From: Syntrophales bacterium
GTDB lineage: Bacteria > Desulfobacterota > Syntrophia > Syntrophales > UBA2210
Length of the DNA stretch: 64,000 nt
Assembly (NCBI GenBank): GCA_963662405.2
Contig: CAXXKT010000001.1
Span: 384,001 to 448,000 of the forward strand
Direction of reading: 5' to 3'
In this document: positions 30,251 through 41,054 of the stretch, piece by piece
Numbering within the stretch: position 1 is the stretch's first letter
Layout of the letters: every line of letters begins with the position of its first letter
Program-made: the position numbers and the translations under genes
Notes under the pieces: model-generated
The model's input: the letters and a program-made list of their open reading frames with translations, nothing else
The model's database searches: none
What the model was told of the DNA's origin: nothing

Positions 30251-31672
30251 CTATGTGGCTTCTGCTGTAATTTCCGTTTTCGGGGCCTTCGGAAGATAGC
30301 GTTCAATATATTCTTCCTGAATGAGCTTGAGGTCCTCCGTGGGGAGCATGGAAAAGATGTTCCACGCCCTCCCCAGCGTCTCTTCAACCGTCCTCCGTTC
30401 CTTTTCGTCCTGTGATATGAATTCGTCTTCAAATCGATCCGAAGCGGCCAGATAGAGCCGGTCCCGATCACTCAGCGCCTCGGAACCGATGACGGTGGAG
30501 ATCTCCCGCAGGTAATTCCCCTCCGCATAGACGGCGTACGACTGCATGAAGGCGTTGTTGTGATCCTCCCGCGTGTTCCCCTCGCCGATCCCCTCCTTCA
30601 TCATCCGCGAGAGGGAGAGGAAGACATCAATGGGGGGATAGATCCGTTTGCGCTCCAAGGCCCGCGACAGGACGATCTGCCCCTCGGTGATATATCCCGT
30701 CAGGTCGGCGATCGGATGGGTAATGTCATCATCCGGCATCGTCAAAATGGGGATAATCGTCACGGAGCCTTCCTTGCCGCTGATCCTCCCCGCCCGTTCG
30801 TACAGAGAGGCAAGGTCCGTGTACATGTACCCCGGATACCCCCTCCTACTGGGTATTTCACCCCTCATGGCGGCAAGTTCCCTCAGGGCGTCACAGTAGT
30901 TGGTGATATCCGTCAGGATCACCAGGACATGCATGTCATGCTCCCAGGCCAGGTACTCCGCCGCCGTCAGCGCGAGGCGGGGGGTCGACAGCCGCTCGAT
31001 AACGGGGGAAGAGGCCGTATTGATGAATGCGACGGTCCGGCTAAGCGCGCCGGTCTCCTCCAGGTTCGCGATAAAATACCCCGCGTCGTCATAGCTGACA
31101 CCGATTGCGCCGAAGACGATGGCGAATTCTTCCGATTTTCCCTTCAGGGTCGCCTGGCGGAGGATCTGAGCGGCGATCTTGTTGTGAGGCAGACCCGATC
31201 CGCTGAAGATGGGAAGTTTCTGCCCGCGAACCAGGACGTTGAGTCCGTCTATCGCAGAGATCCCGGTCTCGATAAATTCCGCCGGAGGCATGCGCGATGC
31301 GGGATTTGCCGGCACACCGTTGATATCGAGGTAGCTATCCGCCACGATCGGGGGACCGCCATCTATAGGGTTCCCGCTTCCGTCGAAGATCCTCCCCATG
31401 ATATCCCCGGATACGGGAAGCTTCAGGGTTTCTCCCTTGTACTTGACCTTGCTGTTCAGGAGATCGACCTCACTCACCCCTCCGAAGACCTGAACGACGG
31501 TGGTCTCCTTCCCGACTTCAATGACCTGCCCGACCCGTATCTCACCGGTACCGAGCTGGACATCCACGATCTCATTGTATTTGATACCGGGGATACTCTC
31601 GATGACAAGGAGTGATCTCCGTGCGGTGCTGATTGCCTTCGTCTGTCTCGTAAATAGCTGCATAGCCTCCAC
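30251..31672 (-). CDS. atpB: V/A-type ATPase subunit B (operon 1)
   Basis: [36 protein letters not shown]. Confidence 0.96.
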   Translation of the reverse strand: MEAMQLFTRQTKAISTARRSLLVIESIPGIKYNEIVDVQLGTGEIRVGQVIEVGKETTVVQVFGGVSEVDLLNSKVKYKGETLKLPVSGDIMGRIFDGSGNPIDGGPPIVADSYLDINGVPANPASRMPPAEFIETGISAIDGLNVLVRGQKLPIFSGSGLPHNKIAAQILRQATLKGKSEEFAIVFGAIGVSYDDAGYFIANLEETGALSRTVAFINTASSPVIERLSTPRLALTAAEYLAWEHDMHVLVILTDITNYCDALRELAAMRGEIPSRRGYPGYMYTDLASLYERAGRISGKEGSVTIIPILTMPDDDITHPIADLTGYITEGQIVLSRALERKRIYPPIDVFLSLSRMMKEGIGEGNTREDHNNAFMQSYAVYAEGNYLREISTVIGSEALSDRDRLYLAASDRFEDEFISQDEKERRTVEETLGRAWNIFSMLPTEDLKLIQEEYIERYLPKAPKTEITAEAT

Positions 31673-31680
31673 GCGCCTCC

Positions 31681-33417
31681 TTACACAAAGGGATTTTTAT
31701 CCATGTCGGACCATAACTGCTTCATGTATATGTCGAAATCCTCATTTGGTATATCCTTCATCCGTGATATCCGGGGGAGCATCTTCGAGGCGTTTATCTC
31801 ACTGACCAGCATCCCTGACTCGGTCGCCTCCTGCGCCAGTTCATAGAACTTCATGATGGCGCTGATCATCATGTGCGCCCGGGTGGGCTGTGTATAGGTA
31901 TCGACGGGATGATAGGCGCTCTGCATCAGGAAATCTTCCCTGATCAGGCGGGCGGCAAGGAGGACCAGCTTGTCATCTTCGGGAAGTGCCTCGGGTCCGA
32001 CCAGCCGAACGATCTCTTCTAGTTCCGCTTCGTGCTGGAGCGTAATAAGGGCATTGTTGCGTATCTCATCGTAGTCGGGGCTGATCTTACTCCACCATGC
32101 ATCCACTGCGTCGGTATAGAGGCTGTAGCTCTGGAGCCAGTTGATGGTCGGGAAATGTCTCTTGTTGGCGAGGGCGACATCCAGCGAATAGAGGACATCG
32201 ACGATTCTGAGTGTCGCCTGGGTGACCGGTTCGCTAAAGTCAGCACCGGGAGGACTGACGGAGCCGATCACCGTCGCGGATCCCATCCGCTGGGGATTCC
32301 CTACACATTCGACCCTTCCGGACCGCTCGTAGAAGGCGGAGAGACGGGAGCCCAGGTAGGTGGGAAATCCCTCCTCCCCCGGGGTCTCCTCGAGCCGTGC
32401 GCCGATCTCTCGCATCGCCTCCGCCCATCGGGATGTCGAATCGGCAACGAGGAGGACATCGTACCCCATATCCCGGAAGTATTCGGCCATGGTAATCCCG
32501 ATGAAGATACTGATCTCCCGCGCGACGACGGGCATGTTCGACGTATTGGCGATGAATATCTCCTTCTCCTGGAGGAGCCGGTCCGTGGCGGGGTCTTTCA
32601 GCTTCTTGAAGCTGTGGAGGACATCCGCCATCTCGTTCCCCCGTTCACCACATCCGACGTAGATATTCAGCTGTGTCTGGGACCATCGGGCCATCTGCTG
32701 GAGGGTAACGGTCTTGCCCGTCCCGAACCCTCCGGGGATGGCGGCCTTTCCTCCCAGTGCCAAGGGGAAGAGGTAGTCGATGATCCGCGTCCCGGTCACC
32801 AGGAGGTCTTCGGGATCGAACCGCTGTTTATATATCCGGGGTTTTCGAGCCGGCCACTTCTGCATGAGGGTGAGGGGCTTCTTTTCACCATCGTGTTCCA
32901 GAACGGCAACGGTCTCTTCAATAGTAAAGTCCCCTTCCTTTATCTCGAGGATAGTCCCCTGCATGCCGATCGGTACCATGATCTTGTGCTCGATCAACCC
33001 TGTTTCGGGAACCGACCCGATAATGTCCCCTTCCTGAATGGTGTCGCCCTCTTTCACGGAAGGGGTGAAATGCCATTTCTTTTCCCGGTCGAGGGCATGG
33101 GTCCGTACCCCCCGTACCAGAAAATCGCCGATGTCGTCCATCATGGTGACGAGGGATCGCTGAACACCATCATAGATGTTCCCGACAAGACCGGGTCCCA
33201 ATTCCACCATGAGGATATTGCCCGTTCCGGTCACCGGTTCCCCGACCTTGAGCCCGACAGTATCCTCATATACCTGGATGACCGCCTTGTCCCTCTCAAG
33301 ACCGATAATCTCCCCCGTGAGCCGTTCGTCCCCCACATCGACGACCTCGTATACCTGAGATCCCCTCATATCCTCGGCGATTACGACAGGCCCCGAAATT
33401 TTCCAGATCTTCCCCAT
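31681..33417 (-). CDS. atpA: V/A-type ATPase subunit A (operon 1)
   Basis: [27 protein letters not shown]. Confidence 0.97.
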   Translation of the reverse strand: MGKIWKISGPVVIAEDMRGSQVYEVVDVGDERLTGEIIGLERDKAVIQVYEDTVGLKVGEPVTGTGNILMVELGPGLVGNIYDGVQRSLVTMMDDIGDFLVRGVRTHALDREKKWHFTPSVKEGDTIQEGDIIGSVPETGLIEHKIMVPIGMQGTILEIKEGDFTIEETVAVLEHDGEKKPLTLMQKWPARKPRIYKQRFDPEDLLVTGTRIIDYLFPLALGGKAAIPGGFGTGKTVTLQQMARWSQTQLNIYVGCGERGNEMADVLHSFKKLKDPATDRLLQEKEIFIANTSNMPVVAREISIFIGITMAEYFRDMGYDVLLVADSTSRWAEAMREIGARLEETPGEEGFPTYLGSRLSAFYERSGRVECVGNPQRMGSATVIGSVSPPGADFSEPVTQATLRIVDVLYSLDVALANKRHFPTINWLQSYSLYTDAVDAWWSKISPDYDEIRNNALITLQHEAELEEIVRLVGPEALPEDDKLVLLAARLIREDFLMQSAYHPVDTYTQPTRAHMMISAIMKFYELAQEATESGMLVSEINASKMLPRISRMKDIPNEDFDIYMKQLWSDMDKNPFV

Positions 33418-33471
33418 AGGTCATGCCTCACTTTGGTAGTATGGTTGGTCTGAATCCCAACGGTTTTCTCA

Positions 33472-33819
33472 TCAGATGTTTACGTTAAACCCGATCAGTT
33501 TTTTGGTATATGTCTTATAGTATTCCTTGACATCCTGTTCTTCCGTCTTGAACCCCGGTGGAATCCCAATCAAAATGGCGGAGGTGCGCTTGCTCTCTTG
33601 CAGATAGGTGATCGTATCGGCAACTTTTCTGCTCCAGCCTTCCGGCATCATGATGACACCGATGGAGCTATCTCCCGCGACTTCCGTCAGGACCTCCCTG
33701 AGTTTTTCAGGAGTAGCCTCTTTATCATCTATAATCCGGCACTTTTCAACGCCGGCAAGCCTCATCAGGGCCGTCTGGTCCCTGTTCCCGATAACGGCTA
33801 CGGTTACCTGTTCATTCAT
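33472..33819 (-). CDS. atpF: V/A-type ATPase subunit F (operon 1)
   Basis: AVIGNRD...RLAGV...KKLIGF. Confidence 0.85.
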   Translation of the reverse strand: MNEQVTVAVIGNRDQTALMRLAGVEKCRIIDDKEATPEKLREVLTEVAGDSSIGVIMMPEGWSRKVADTITYLQESKRTSAILIGIPPGFKTEEQDVKEYYKTYTKKLIGFNVNI

Positions 33820-34853
33820 GCCGCGATCACCAGTTCCTTTATCTCTGTTGGGGGTATCCCGTCTGCAAGCATCTTAAATATCAACCTGAGGTTTCGTATC
33901 TCCAGTTCCTTTATCAGGAGATACCACAGCATATTGGCGGTCGACAGGATCCGGGGAGAGAGGAGATCCTTGAGCATTCTGAACCGGTGTTTCTCCGTTA
34001 TCCGGTCAATTACCTTGATTTCCGTATCCTTTTCAAACGCCTTGGCTATCTCTTGTGCCAAAAGGTGATAGCCGGTGTTTTCTACTCGTCCCGTTATTTC
34101 GCCTATTTTGAGTATAAACAGTTCCTGCACAACCCCTTCGGAAAGCATACGACCGCCCCCGAGAACGGGCATCCCTGCGGCCTGCCCCCCTGCAAGAGAA
34201 ACCCGAAAGACCGTCCGGAGATTCTCCAGATCAATATTGGTCTGGAAGGCCTGCGCGAGGAGATACCCATCGCCCATCCCCCTGAATGCCTCCAAGACTT
34301 TTTGATGATAGAGGTTTTGCATGGCAGTCTCTGCTTCGGTAATAGACTGCGCATCTTTTTCGTCCATCCCTTCGAGGACCCGGTTATAGTCCCCCAGATT
34401 GCACCGGTTAAGGATCGTGTAGATTTCTTCCTTTTCTTTCACGGTCGCAAGCTCTTGCAGGAATCCAGCATTGTGGATGGCACCCAGAGGGAGCATTGAC
34501 GAGGGTACCCGTTTCAAGAGTATCCGTAAGGCGACTTTGATGTTCATGACATCATACTTCTCGGCATACAGACACGCTATGCGTGACATATCCGGGGGTG
34601 TGTTGAAACTCTCAAGACGCCCCAGGCATTCTCCCAAGTACAACCACAGATATTCGTCGGCGTCATCGAAGGTTGGGATCGGCCGGTCAAGCAGGTATGC
34701 CCCGACATCGGTATCGTCGATCATCTCCAGTGCATCCTGCATGGTGGCGGATCGCTGCAACATCTCGCCAATCTGTTCCGAGGATACCGATCGGGACTCC
34801 TCCCCCTTGAGATAAGCCGCCATGAATGAGTATCGTGTGTTTATCAGGTTCAC
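33816..34853 (-). CDS. atpC: V/A-type ATPase subunit C (operon 1)
   Basis: YDVMNIK, IDLENLR, KELEIRNLRLI. Confidence 0.87.
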   Translation of the reverse strand: MNLINTRYSFMAAYLKGEESRSVSSEQIGEMLQRSATMQDALEMIDDTDVGAYLLDRPIPTFDDADEYLWLYLGECLGRLESFNTPPDMSRIACLYAEKYDVMNIKVALRILLKRVPSSMLPLGAIHNAGFLQELATVKEKEEIYTILNRCNLGDYNRVLEGMDEKDAQSITEAETAMQNLYHQKVLEAFRGMGDGYLLAQAFQTNIDLENLRTVFRVSLAGGQAAGMPVLGGGRMLSEGVVQELFILKIGEITGRVENTGYHLLAQEIAKAFEKDTEIKVIDRITEKHRFRMLKDLLSPRILSTANMLWYLLIKELEIRNLRLIFKMLADGIPPTEIKELVIAA

Positions 34854-35446
34854 TGTCTGGTCTCTCCAAAGAGTTTTTTTCCCAGTTCGGGCATAATTTT
34901 CGGCATCAGCATCCCCATCCTCACCTCGAACGAATTGTCGATGCTGACCATACCATCCGTTGATTCAACGATAATTCCCCCGAGGCAGTCATGTTCTACG
35001 ACCTCCTCTATCTGTCTGCTCAGATCATCGTCATGCTGGACGGCCTTGTTGACGGTATCGATATCCCGTGGAGAAGCGAGGATTCTGAGCTTTTCATCCG
35101 ACTCAAAAGCCACCACGGCCTCCTTGATCAGGACGGCCAAGGCCGTTTCATCGGTTAGTTCCCGGGCAAGAGTCTCATTCGTTTTTGCTACGATCTCGTT
35201 GATGACCTCATCCTGCTCCTTGAGAATCTCCTGCCGCGCCTTGAGAGAGGATTGCGCCAGTATCCTTGCTGCCTCACGCTGTGCCTCCGACAAGATCCGA
35301 AGCTTCTCCTCTTCGAAGCGCTTCTCTTTCTGCTGCTCCGCGTGAGCCATGAGGTCCTTGGCCTTTGTCTTGGCGTTGGCCACAATCTCCTGGGCCTCTT
35401 TTTGCGCCTTATCAAGTATGGTCGCTCTAATCTTATCTGTTTCCAT
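34850..35446 (-). CDS. atpE: V/A-type ATPase subunit E (operon 1)
   Basis: N-terminal coiled coil; LGGIIVES.DG..SIDNSFE. Confidence 0.88.
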   Translation of the reverse strand: METDKIRATILDKAQKEAQEIVANAKTKAKDLMAHAEQQKEKRFEEEKLRILSEAQREAARILAQSSLKARQEILKEQDEVINEIVAKTNETLARELTDETALAVLIKEAVVAFESDEKLRILASPRDIDTVNKAVQHDDDLSRQIEEVVEHDCLGGIIVESTDGMVSIDNSFEVRMGMLMPKIMPELGKKLFGETRQ

Positions 35447-35459
35447 ACCGTTCACCCTT

Positions 35460-35933
35460 TCACATAAGCTTGAGGATGCTGAGTGCCATGATGGTAAAGA
35501 CCAGACCGAGAACACCGATCAACTCCACGAAAACAGCGAGCATCATAGAGGCGGTCAGGATCCGTCCCTTGGTCTTAGGAAGAAGCGCAATCCCTGAGGC
35601 ACACACCGACCCTTGGAATATTGCTGAGGCAAACTCGGCGAATCCGGCCATGATGCCGATCCCCAGCACCATGATCCCGGCACCGACACCGGCGAGGGCG
35701 GCGATCTTCGGAAGGACCACCGTGAGGATGATAATCAGGATGATAAGACCGTAAAAGCTCTGTGTCATGGGGAGAGATGCCAGGACGATCACGTTTCGGA
35801 GCTGTCCCGGTTCCTCCGACAGAGTAGCCACCCCGGACGAGGCGGCATTGGCGATTCCTATAGCCGATCCTGCAAGTCCCCCCGCGAGCGCCATCGCACC
35901 ACCAAATGTAGCCAAGGCTTGAATCAACGTCAT
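35460..35933 (-). CDS. atpK: V/A-type ATPase subunit K, four-TM, Na+-type signature
   Basis: LPMTQSFYG, SAIFQG, FVE. Confidence 0.92.
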   Translation of the reverse strand: MTLIQALATFGGAMALAGGLAGSAIGIANAASSGVATLSEEPGQLRNVIVLASLPMTQSFYGLIILIIILTVVLPKIAALAGVGAGIMVLGIGIMAGFAEFASAIFQGSVCASGIALLPKTKGRILTASMMLAVFVELIGVLGLVFTIMALSILKLM

Positions 35934-35947
35934 CTCTTCACCTCTCT

Positions 35948-37951
35948 CTAAAATTTTTTGCCTACAATTGTCTCTCTTCTCACGCTCAGATGAAACGGAT
36001 TGTATTCCTTTCCGCCCCCCTCATAGAATTTCAGCAGAAATTCCACAAAGCAGAGCCTGAGAGAGTGTATAAATGCCGCAAGACTGCTGAGGAACAGATT
36101 GAATATATGGAAGATGAGCAGCATGATCATCCCGATCACAAAAGCCAGGATACCTCCCAACACACCGGGCATGAAAGAGGAGATCGTAGAAGAAACCCAG
36201 TCGGAAAGCAGGTTAAAGGAAGACGCAAGATAGAAGGTGGCAAGGCCGACCCCGGCCAACCGTGAGTACGACATGATATCTCCCAGGATGCCGGTGAGAT
36301 CGAAGATCCAGAACACACTCCCCAATCCCCCCATCTGCATGAATGCTCCGACGACAATCAGCACCAGACCCACAAGCATCGGATAGGCCAACGATCCATA
36401 CACTCCGGGGGCCAGCGGAAGCAATTCAATGGTTAGCATTACTTTGAACAGGTAAGGAATACCGAAGATCTCCAGCAGGAATAACCCTGCCTTGCTGACC
36501 ACAATTCCCCAATCCCCTTCCTTAACTCCCTTAACTAAACCGAGAAGATGAGCGAGATTCACGTGTATCAGACCGATTATCAGTGAAAGCGTGATAAAGG
36601 AAATGGGGTCTGAGAGTTGTTTCTGAACCCAGCGCACCAGGGCGAGTGATACGAGGTCTATCTCGAAATACATCTGAAGGAAATCACCCAGATAGGTCCC
36701 CGAAAGGAGACCGAAGACAAGAGCGACCCCTCCACTGATGTACAATACTTTACGAAACAGATCGGTCCCTTCGGTCGTGGGATCGTCGACGAGTTTATCA
36801 AGGATAAAGCGGGCGAGAATCAGCAGGCCCAGCGCGTAGACGACGTCACAGAGCATGAGACCGAAGAAAAAGGCAAAAAAGTAGGCAACACTCGGCGTCG
36901 GGTCCCATCCCCCGTACTTGGGCAAACTAAAGAGATTGACAATCACCTCGAAGGGCTTGATGGGCCGCGGATTCTGGAGCTGCGTCGGGGGCTCATCGGA
37001 AGGAACCGCATCGCGTGCATCGACAAAAGTATTCTCAAGGGATGCATGTATCTCCGATATAATGAAATCGGTTTTGCTCTGGGGAACCCATCCTTCAATC
37101 AAAGCGACATAGTGGGTTTCCGCCATTCGCTCAATCGCGGACAGCATCTCATCCTCCAGGGAGACCGTCTCCCTGTACAGGGCGATCCGTTCCAGATTCT
37201 CGGAGGTAATCGTTTCTATCTCCTTCTCGAGGGCGTCGATCTCTCCTTTTTTATCTTCAATGATATCATTCTTTTTTATAATGAATTCCCTCAGGGTGAC
37301 ATCTTCCGGAGGAACATCCAGAGGCAGAGACCCGAGGTCTCGCGCCACCGCCTCTACCAGATTCTGCTCGGTAGTTCTGGCAATAGTATAGACCACCGTT
37401 TCCTCTTCAGAAGAAGCGATAACCTTTTGAATGATATGCTCACCGGTCTTTTCCAGGAATGCCTTGGCTGCCGGCAGCGGAAACACGAATACCCTGGCTG
37501 AAAGATAACCACCCGAGTAGTATAGATCTCTTAAGGGGAGATTGATCTCTTGTGCGAGGATATCCAGGTACCTCGCCAGTCCATTCATGGTAGCGATATC
37601 GGTTTCCAGCTTTATAGCATTCTCGCGGAGGCGGGTACACTGGTCGCGCAATCTATCGGTCCGGTACAGGATTGTGTCAAGTGGCTCAGCTGCCCTCTCT
37701 TCCGGTATGAGGACTTTATGCTCGCCCCTGATATACGATAGGATATCGTTAATATTGACGGTTATTTTTCGTATAAGATTTCTTTTTGCTTCGACTGCGG
37801 CTAAATCGGCGGGGTTCAGTTCCTGGGGTTCTTCGATATGGAGGACGCCAATTTCCTGCAAACGTTCCAAGGTCTCTTGAGAAGCATCTTTGGCGGTTAC
37901 CACTCTGACCTTGGACATTACTTCAGGTGTATTGATAAGCAATGGGATCAT
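35948..37951 (-). CDS. atpI: V/A-type ATPase subunit I (operon 1)
   Basis: GWVP, PPTQLQN, DPTP, SYSRL, HSLRLCFVEF. Confidence 0.95.
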   Translation of the reverse strand: MIPLLINTPEVMSKVRVVTAKDASQETLERLQEIGVLHIEEPQELNPADLAAVEAKRNLIRKITVNINDILSYIRGEHKVLIPEERAAEPLDTILYRTDRLRDQCTRLRENAIKLETDIATMNGLARYLDILAQEINLPLRDLYYSGGYLSARVFVFPLPAAKAFLEKTGEHIIQKVIASSEEETVVYTIARTTEQNLVEAVARDLGSLPLDVPPEDVTLREFIIKKNDIIEDKKGEIDALEKEIETITSENLERIALYRETVSLEDEMLSAIERMAETHYVALIEGWVPQSKTDFIISEIHASLENTFVDARDAVPSDEPPTQLQNPRPIKPFEVIVNLFSLPKYGGWDPTPSVAYFFAFFFGLMLCDVVYALGLLILARFILDKLVDDPTTEGTDLFRKVLYISGGVALVFGLLSGTYLGDFLQMYFEIDLVSLALVRWVQKQLSDPISFITLSLIIGLIHVNLAHLLGLVKGVKEGDWGIVVSKAGLFLLEIFGIPYLFKVMLTIELLPLAPGVYGSLAYPMLVGLVLIVVGAFMQMGGLGSVFWIFDLTGILGDIMSYSRLAGVGLATFYLASSFNLLSDWVSSTISSFMPGVLGGILAFVIGMIMLLIFHIFNLFLSSLAAFIHSLRLCFVEFLLKFYEGGGKEYNPFHLSVRRETIVGKKF

Positions 37952-38448
37952 CCGGTTTCCTCCATTCGAGCAAGAATTGCTGGCTAAGAAAAACCTACTC
38001 TGATAATCCAGTTTCCCTCATAGCATTACCGTTGGAGAGGTGGTTTTAAGGCATAGTGTGAAAATCCTCCTTTGCGAGAATATGTAAATTCCTTATATGG
38101 AATTTTGGAAAAAACCGTTTGAAGCATCTTAATTGCACGTCATATCAGTTGTCAAGGACAAAATTCTTTTTTCTAACAAAGTGATTGACAAAAGCCCTGT
38201 TTGTCCCTCATTATAGAGTCAAGCATATGTGGAGTGGTTTCCGATAGGAGTCGGTTGTGCTTCACTTTTTACGGAAATGTTCTTTTCGAGGCGCTTGAAT
38301 TGTTTTCAAACGGAAATTGTGTCTACGACGGCGTTTACGAAAGGCCCTCTTCAAGTTCGTATAGCCCGCATTCTCCCTATCAACCTCAGGAGCGCGGTCT
38401 GCAATCCAAGCATTAACCTTTTACCCTATGACGTAAAGGAGGACTGCC

Positions 38449-38658
38449 ATGACTGACAGCGTTTACAAGATTATAGAGTTGGTAGGAACCAGCACCGTGT
38501 CATGGGAAGATGCTGCCAAGAATGCCGTGGAAACGGCCAGCTCAACCCTTCACGATCTGCGGATCGCAGAAGTCACCCGGCTCGACATGACCCTCGAAGA
38601 CGGAAAGGTCAAACAGTACCGGGCACGGGTCCGCGTATCGTTCCGGCTGGAAGATTAA
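38449..38658 (+). CDS. Dodecin family flavin-binding protein
   Basis: VYKIIELVGTSTVSWEDAAKNAV...YRARVRVSF. Confidence 0.92.
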   Translation: MTDSVYKIIELVGTSTVSWEDAAKNAVETASSTLHDLRIAEVTRLDMTLEDGKVKQYRARVRVSFRLED

Positions 38659-38847
38659 TCTATCTTTTTAAACACATCGAAATCACCCTTTCGTGTTTGC
38701 CCCTGCAGGGGTAAACGCGAGGCGGAGGTGTGTCTCGGAAGGGAGAACCTGCAACCATGACGGAACCATGAGGGATGGGAATCCGGTATCTCTGATCTGA
38801 ACCTTAGTATATCAGAGCGACTGCCGGAGAGCGGAAAGGAGGGAGCC

Positions 38848-39777
38848 ATGTACCAATTCAAACATGTTACGGTAGGGCTCGCACTGGGTGAGCAGGACAA
38901 GACAAAAATCCAGTATGCGGGACTGGTCAGTTGGCTGGCCTCATCGGAACGGATCACCTTCTCCCACATTGTCAGCCGTGACAAGTTGCCGGAGAAGACA
39001 GGCGCCGACGTTCCCGCATCTATCGAAAAAAAGGCGAGAAGCCGGATGCAGGAGCTGGTCGAGCAATACTATGATGGTCCTCCCGCCACACAACTTGATT
39101 ACGATATAATTCCGGAATCGCCGCTGGTGGAAATCGAGATTCTCCGGAGATTACGGGAGCAAGAGGCCGATCTTATCATCCTCGGGAAGATCAGCAGTGA
39201 ATTTAACGGGGTGGAAACAGTCCCCGTCAGCATCTCGCGGAAGGCGGCCTGTTCGACCTTGTATGTCCCCCAAGAGGCCGAACCCCGGACAAACCGTCCC
39301 GAAGAGATCACTATCCTCGTTCCCGTCGATTTCTCCGAAAACGCGGCGGATGCCATGAGACTGGCAATCGACTTTGCCGTCGCCCATGAGATACCGAGTA
39401 TCTACTGTGTGCATGTCTACGATGTGCCCCTGGGATACTACAAGCGGGGGAAAGAATACGAAGAATTCGCCGAGATCATGGAGAAAAACGCGGAAAAGAA
39501 ATGTCAGGAATTCATCAAAGATATCAATTTCAAAGGGATCTATCTCAATCCGATCATCGTGAGGATCCACAAGAAGCCATACGAAACGATCGCCCAGACC
39601 GTGGAGGAGTACGGCATCGATCTGGTCATCATCGGGTCGAGAGGTAAAAAGGCCGCCGCGCGGTTCCTGCTGGACAGCGTGACGGAGCAACTCATCCGGA
39701 CGACAGCGGCGCCGCTCCTTTCTTACAAGAGAAAGGACAAGGACATGAGTCTCTTCGAGGCACTCCTGCGGTTATAG
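38848..39777 (+). CDS. Tandem universal stress protein
   Basis: ILVPVDFSENA, DLVIIGSRG...LLDSVTEQLIR. Confidence 0.88.
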   Translation: MYQFKHVTVGLALGEQDKTKIQYAGLVSWLASSERITFSHIVSRDKLPEKTGADVPASIEKKARSRMQELVEQYYDGPPATQLDYDIIPESPLVEIEILRRLREQEADLIILGKISSEFNGVETVPVSISRKAACSTLYVPQEAEPRTNRPEEITILVPVDFSENAADAMRLAIDFAVAHEIPSIYCVHVYDVPLGYYKRGKEYEEFAEIMEKNAEKKCQEFIKDINFKGIYLNPIIVRIHKKPYETIAQTVEEYGIDLVIIGSRGKKAAARFLLDSVTEQLIRTTAAPLLSYKRKDKDMSLFEALLRL

Positions 39778-39801
39778 GGGGCCATCGACAGGAGAACCGG
39801 T

Positions 39802-40110
39802 ATGGACGATACGATCACCCGTATCATGGAGATCGAGAAACGGTGCGCCGACGAGATCGAAGGGGCTCAGCAGGCGTCACGGCGGACGATCGAGGAGCAC
39901 CGGAAGGCCGTCGAGAAAGGGAAGGCGGAAGAGAACACCCGGATTGCCGGAGAGAATGAGGCTCGGCTGAAGGAGACGGTCGCGGAGGAACAGAAAAAGA
40001 TCGAAGCGGCATTTCACGAGGCGGAGGGCGATCTGGAGGAGCTCTTTCGGGATACATCATTAAAACGGGAGATACGGGAACGGATCGTCTCCATCCTGCT
40101 GGCGGATTGA
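39802..40110 (+). CDS. V/A-type ATPase subunit H/G (operon 2)
   Basis: Coiled coil ITRIMEIEKRCADEIE; first gene of the operon. Confidence 0.65.
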   Translation: MDDTITRIMEIEKRCADEIEGAQQASRRTIEEHRKAVEKGKAEENTRIAGENEARLKETVAEEQKKIEAAFHEAEGDLEELFRDTSLKREIRERIVSILLAD

Positions 40111-40116
40111 AAAACC

Positions 40117-41046
40117 ATGAGATACTATGCGGACGACAGCTACCTCCACGCGAGGATTTACGCCATGAGGAGCCGTCTCATCCCATCCGACGGGTACGCC
40201 CCGCTCCAGCGGGAGTACGAGGCCTCATATGCCGGCCCCCACGGGATGATCGAGGCAAAGGAGGGGACCTTCCGGGAGCAGATCGCCCCTATCATTCATT
40301 TGGCCGAGGCGACGGAGCGATACGCCCCCCTCTTTATCGCGTTTCTCCGCCGGTACGAGGCGAATAACGTGAAGCTCCTCCTGGCAAAGGCATTCGGGAG
40401 GCGATCCATCGAACAGTGGTACGATATCGGCCCCTACGCCACCCTCGATCGGGATCTCTTCGATGGTGATCCGGCCCCGGACGACCTGCAGGCGGCCCTG
40501 GCCGGGACCTACCTGGACGGGATATTCGAGGGAAGGGCAACCTACGAGCGGATCGAGGATCGCGTTGATATCCTCACCGCCCGGCACTTCTTTGACACGT
40601 CGGACGCCTTCCCCCCCGAGGGGCGGGAGGTCTTCCGGGATTTCATCCTCCGACGGCTCGCCGTCCTCATGGTCATCCGGCAGTGGCGGTTCCGGGTCAC
40701 TTACGGCTGGAGCGACGAGCGGATCTGGGCCTACCGGGACGAACTGGGAGCCCTCTTCGGGGAGACCGACTGGCCGCAGGTGAGGGAGCTCGTGGGGGTG
40801 CTCGTCCGGCGGCTCAGGGAGATGGGGGGGCAGACCCCGGGCCCGGCGGAGGCGGAGTCATTCCTCGAACGTTCCTATTACCGGTGGGTCGCGTCGATGT
40901 TTCACCGGGATTTCCACTCCGTCCACTGCGTGATGGCGTACCTGTGGCTCCTGGACTATCAGATACGGAACCTCTTGTGCATCATCGAGGGGATCAGGTT
41001 CGGCCTGTCCCCCGAGGCGATACTCGAAACGATCATCAGCGATTGA
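40117..41046 (+). CDS. atpC: V/A-type ATPase subunit C (operon 2)
   Basis: YLHARIYAMRSRLI, YEANNVK, QIRNLLCIIEGIRFGL. Confidence 0.85.
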   Translation: MRYYADDSYLHARIYAMRSRLIPSDGYAPLQREYEASYAGPHGMIEAKEGTFREQIAPIIHLAEATERYAPLFIAFLRRYEANNVKLLLAKAFGRRSIEQWYDIGPYATLDRDLFDGDPAPDDLQAALAGTYLDGIFEGRATYERIEDRVDILTARHFFDTSDAFPPEGREVFRDFILRRLAVLMVIRQWRFRVTYGWSDERIWAYRDELGALFGETDWPQVRELVGVLVRRLREMGGQTPGPAEAESFLERSYYRWVASMFHRDFHSVHCVMAYLWLLDYQIRNLLCIIEGIRFGLSPEAILETIISD

Positions 41047-41054
41047 GGACGCCT

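Noticed and set aside
30560..33453. 351-aa and 473-aa plus-strand ORFs
   Set aside because: Antisense to ATPase subunits B and A
38190..38440. Possible structured RNA or tRNA upstream of dodecin
   Set aside because: No cloverleaf or convincing stems; only a promoter-like TTGACA
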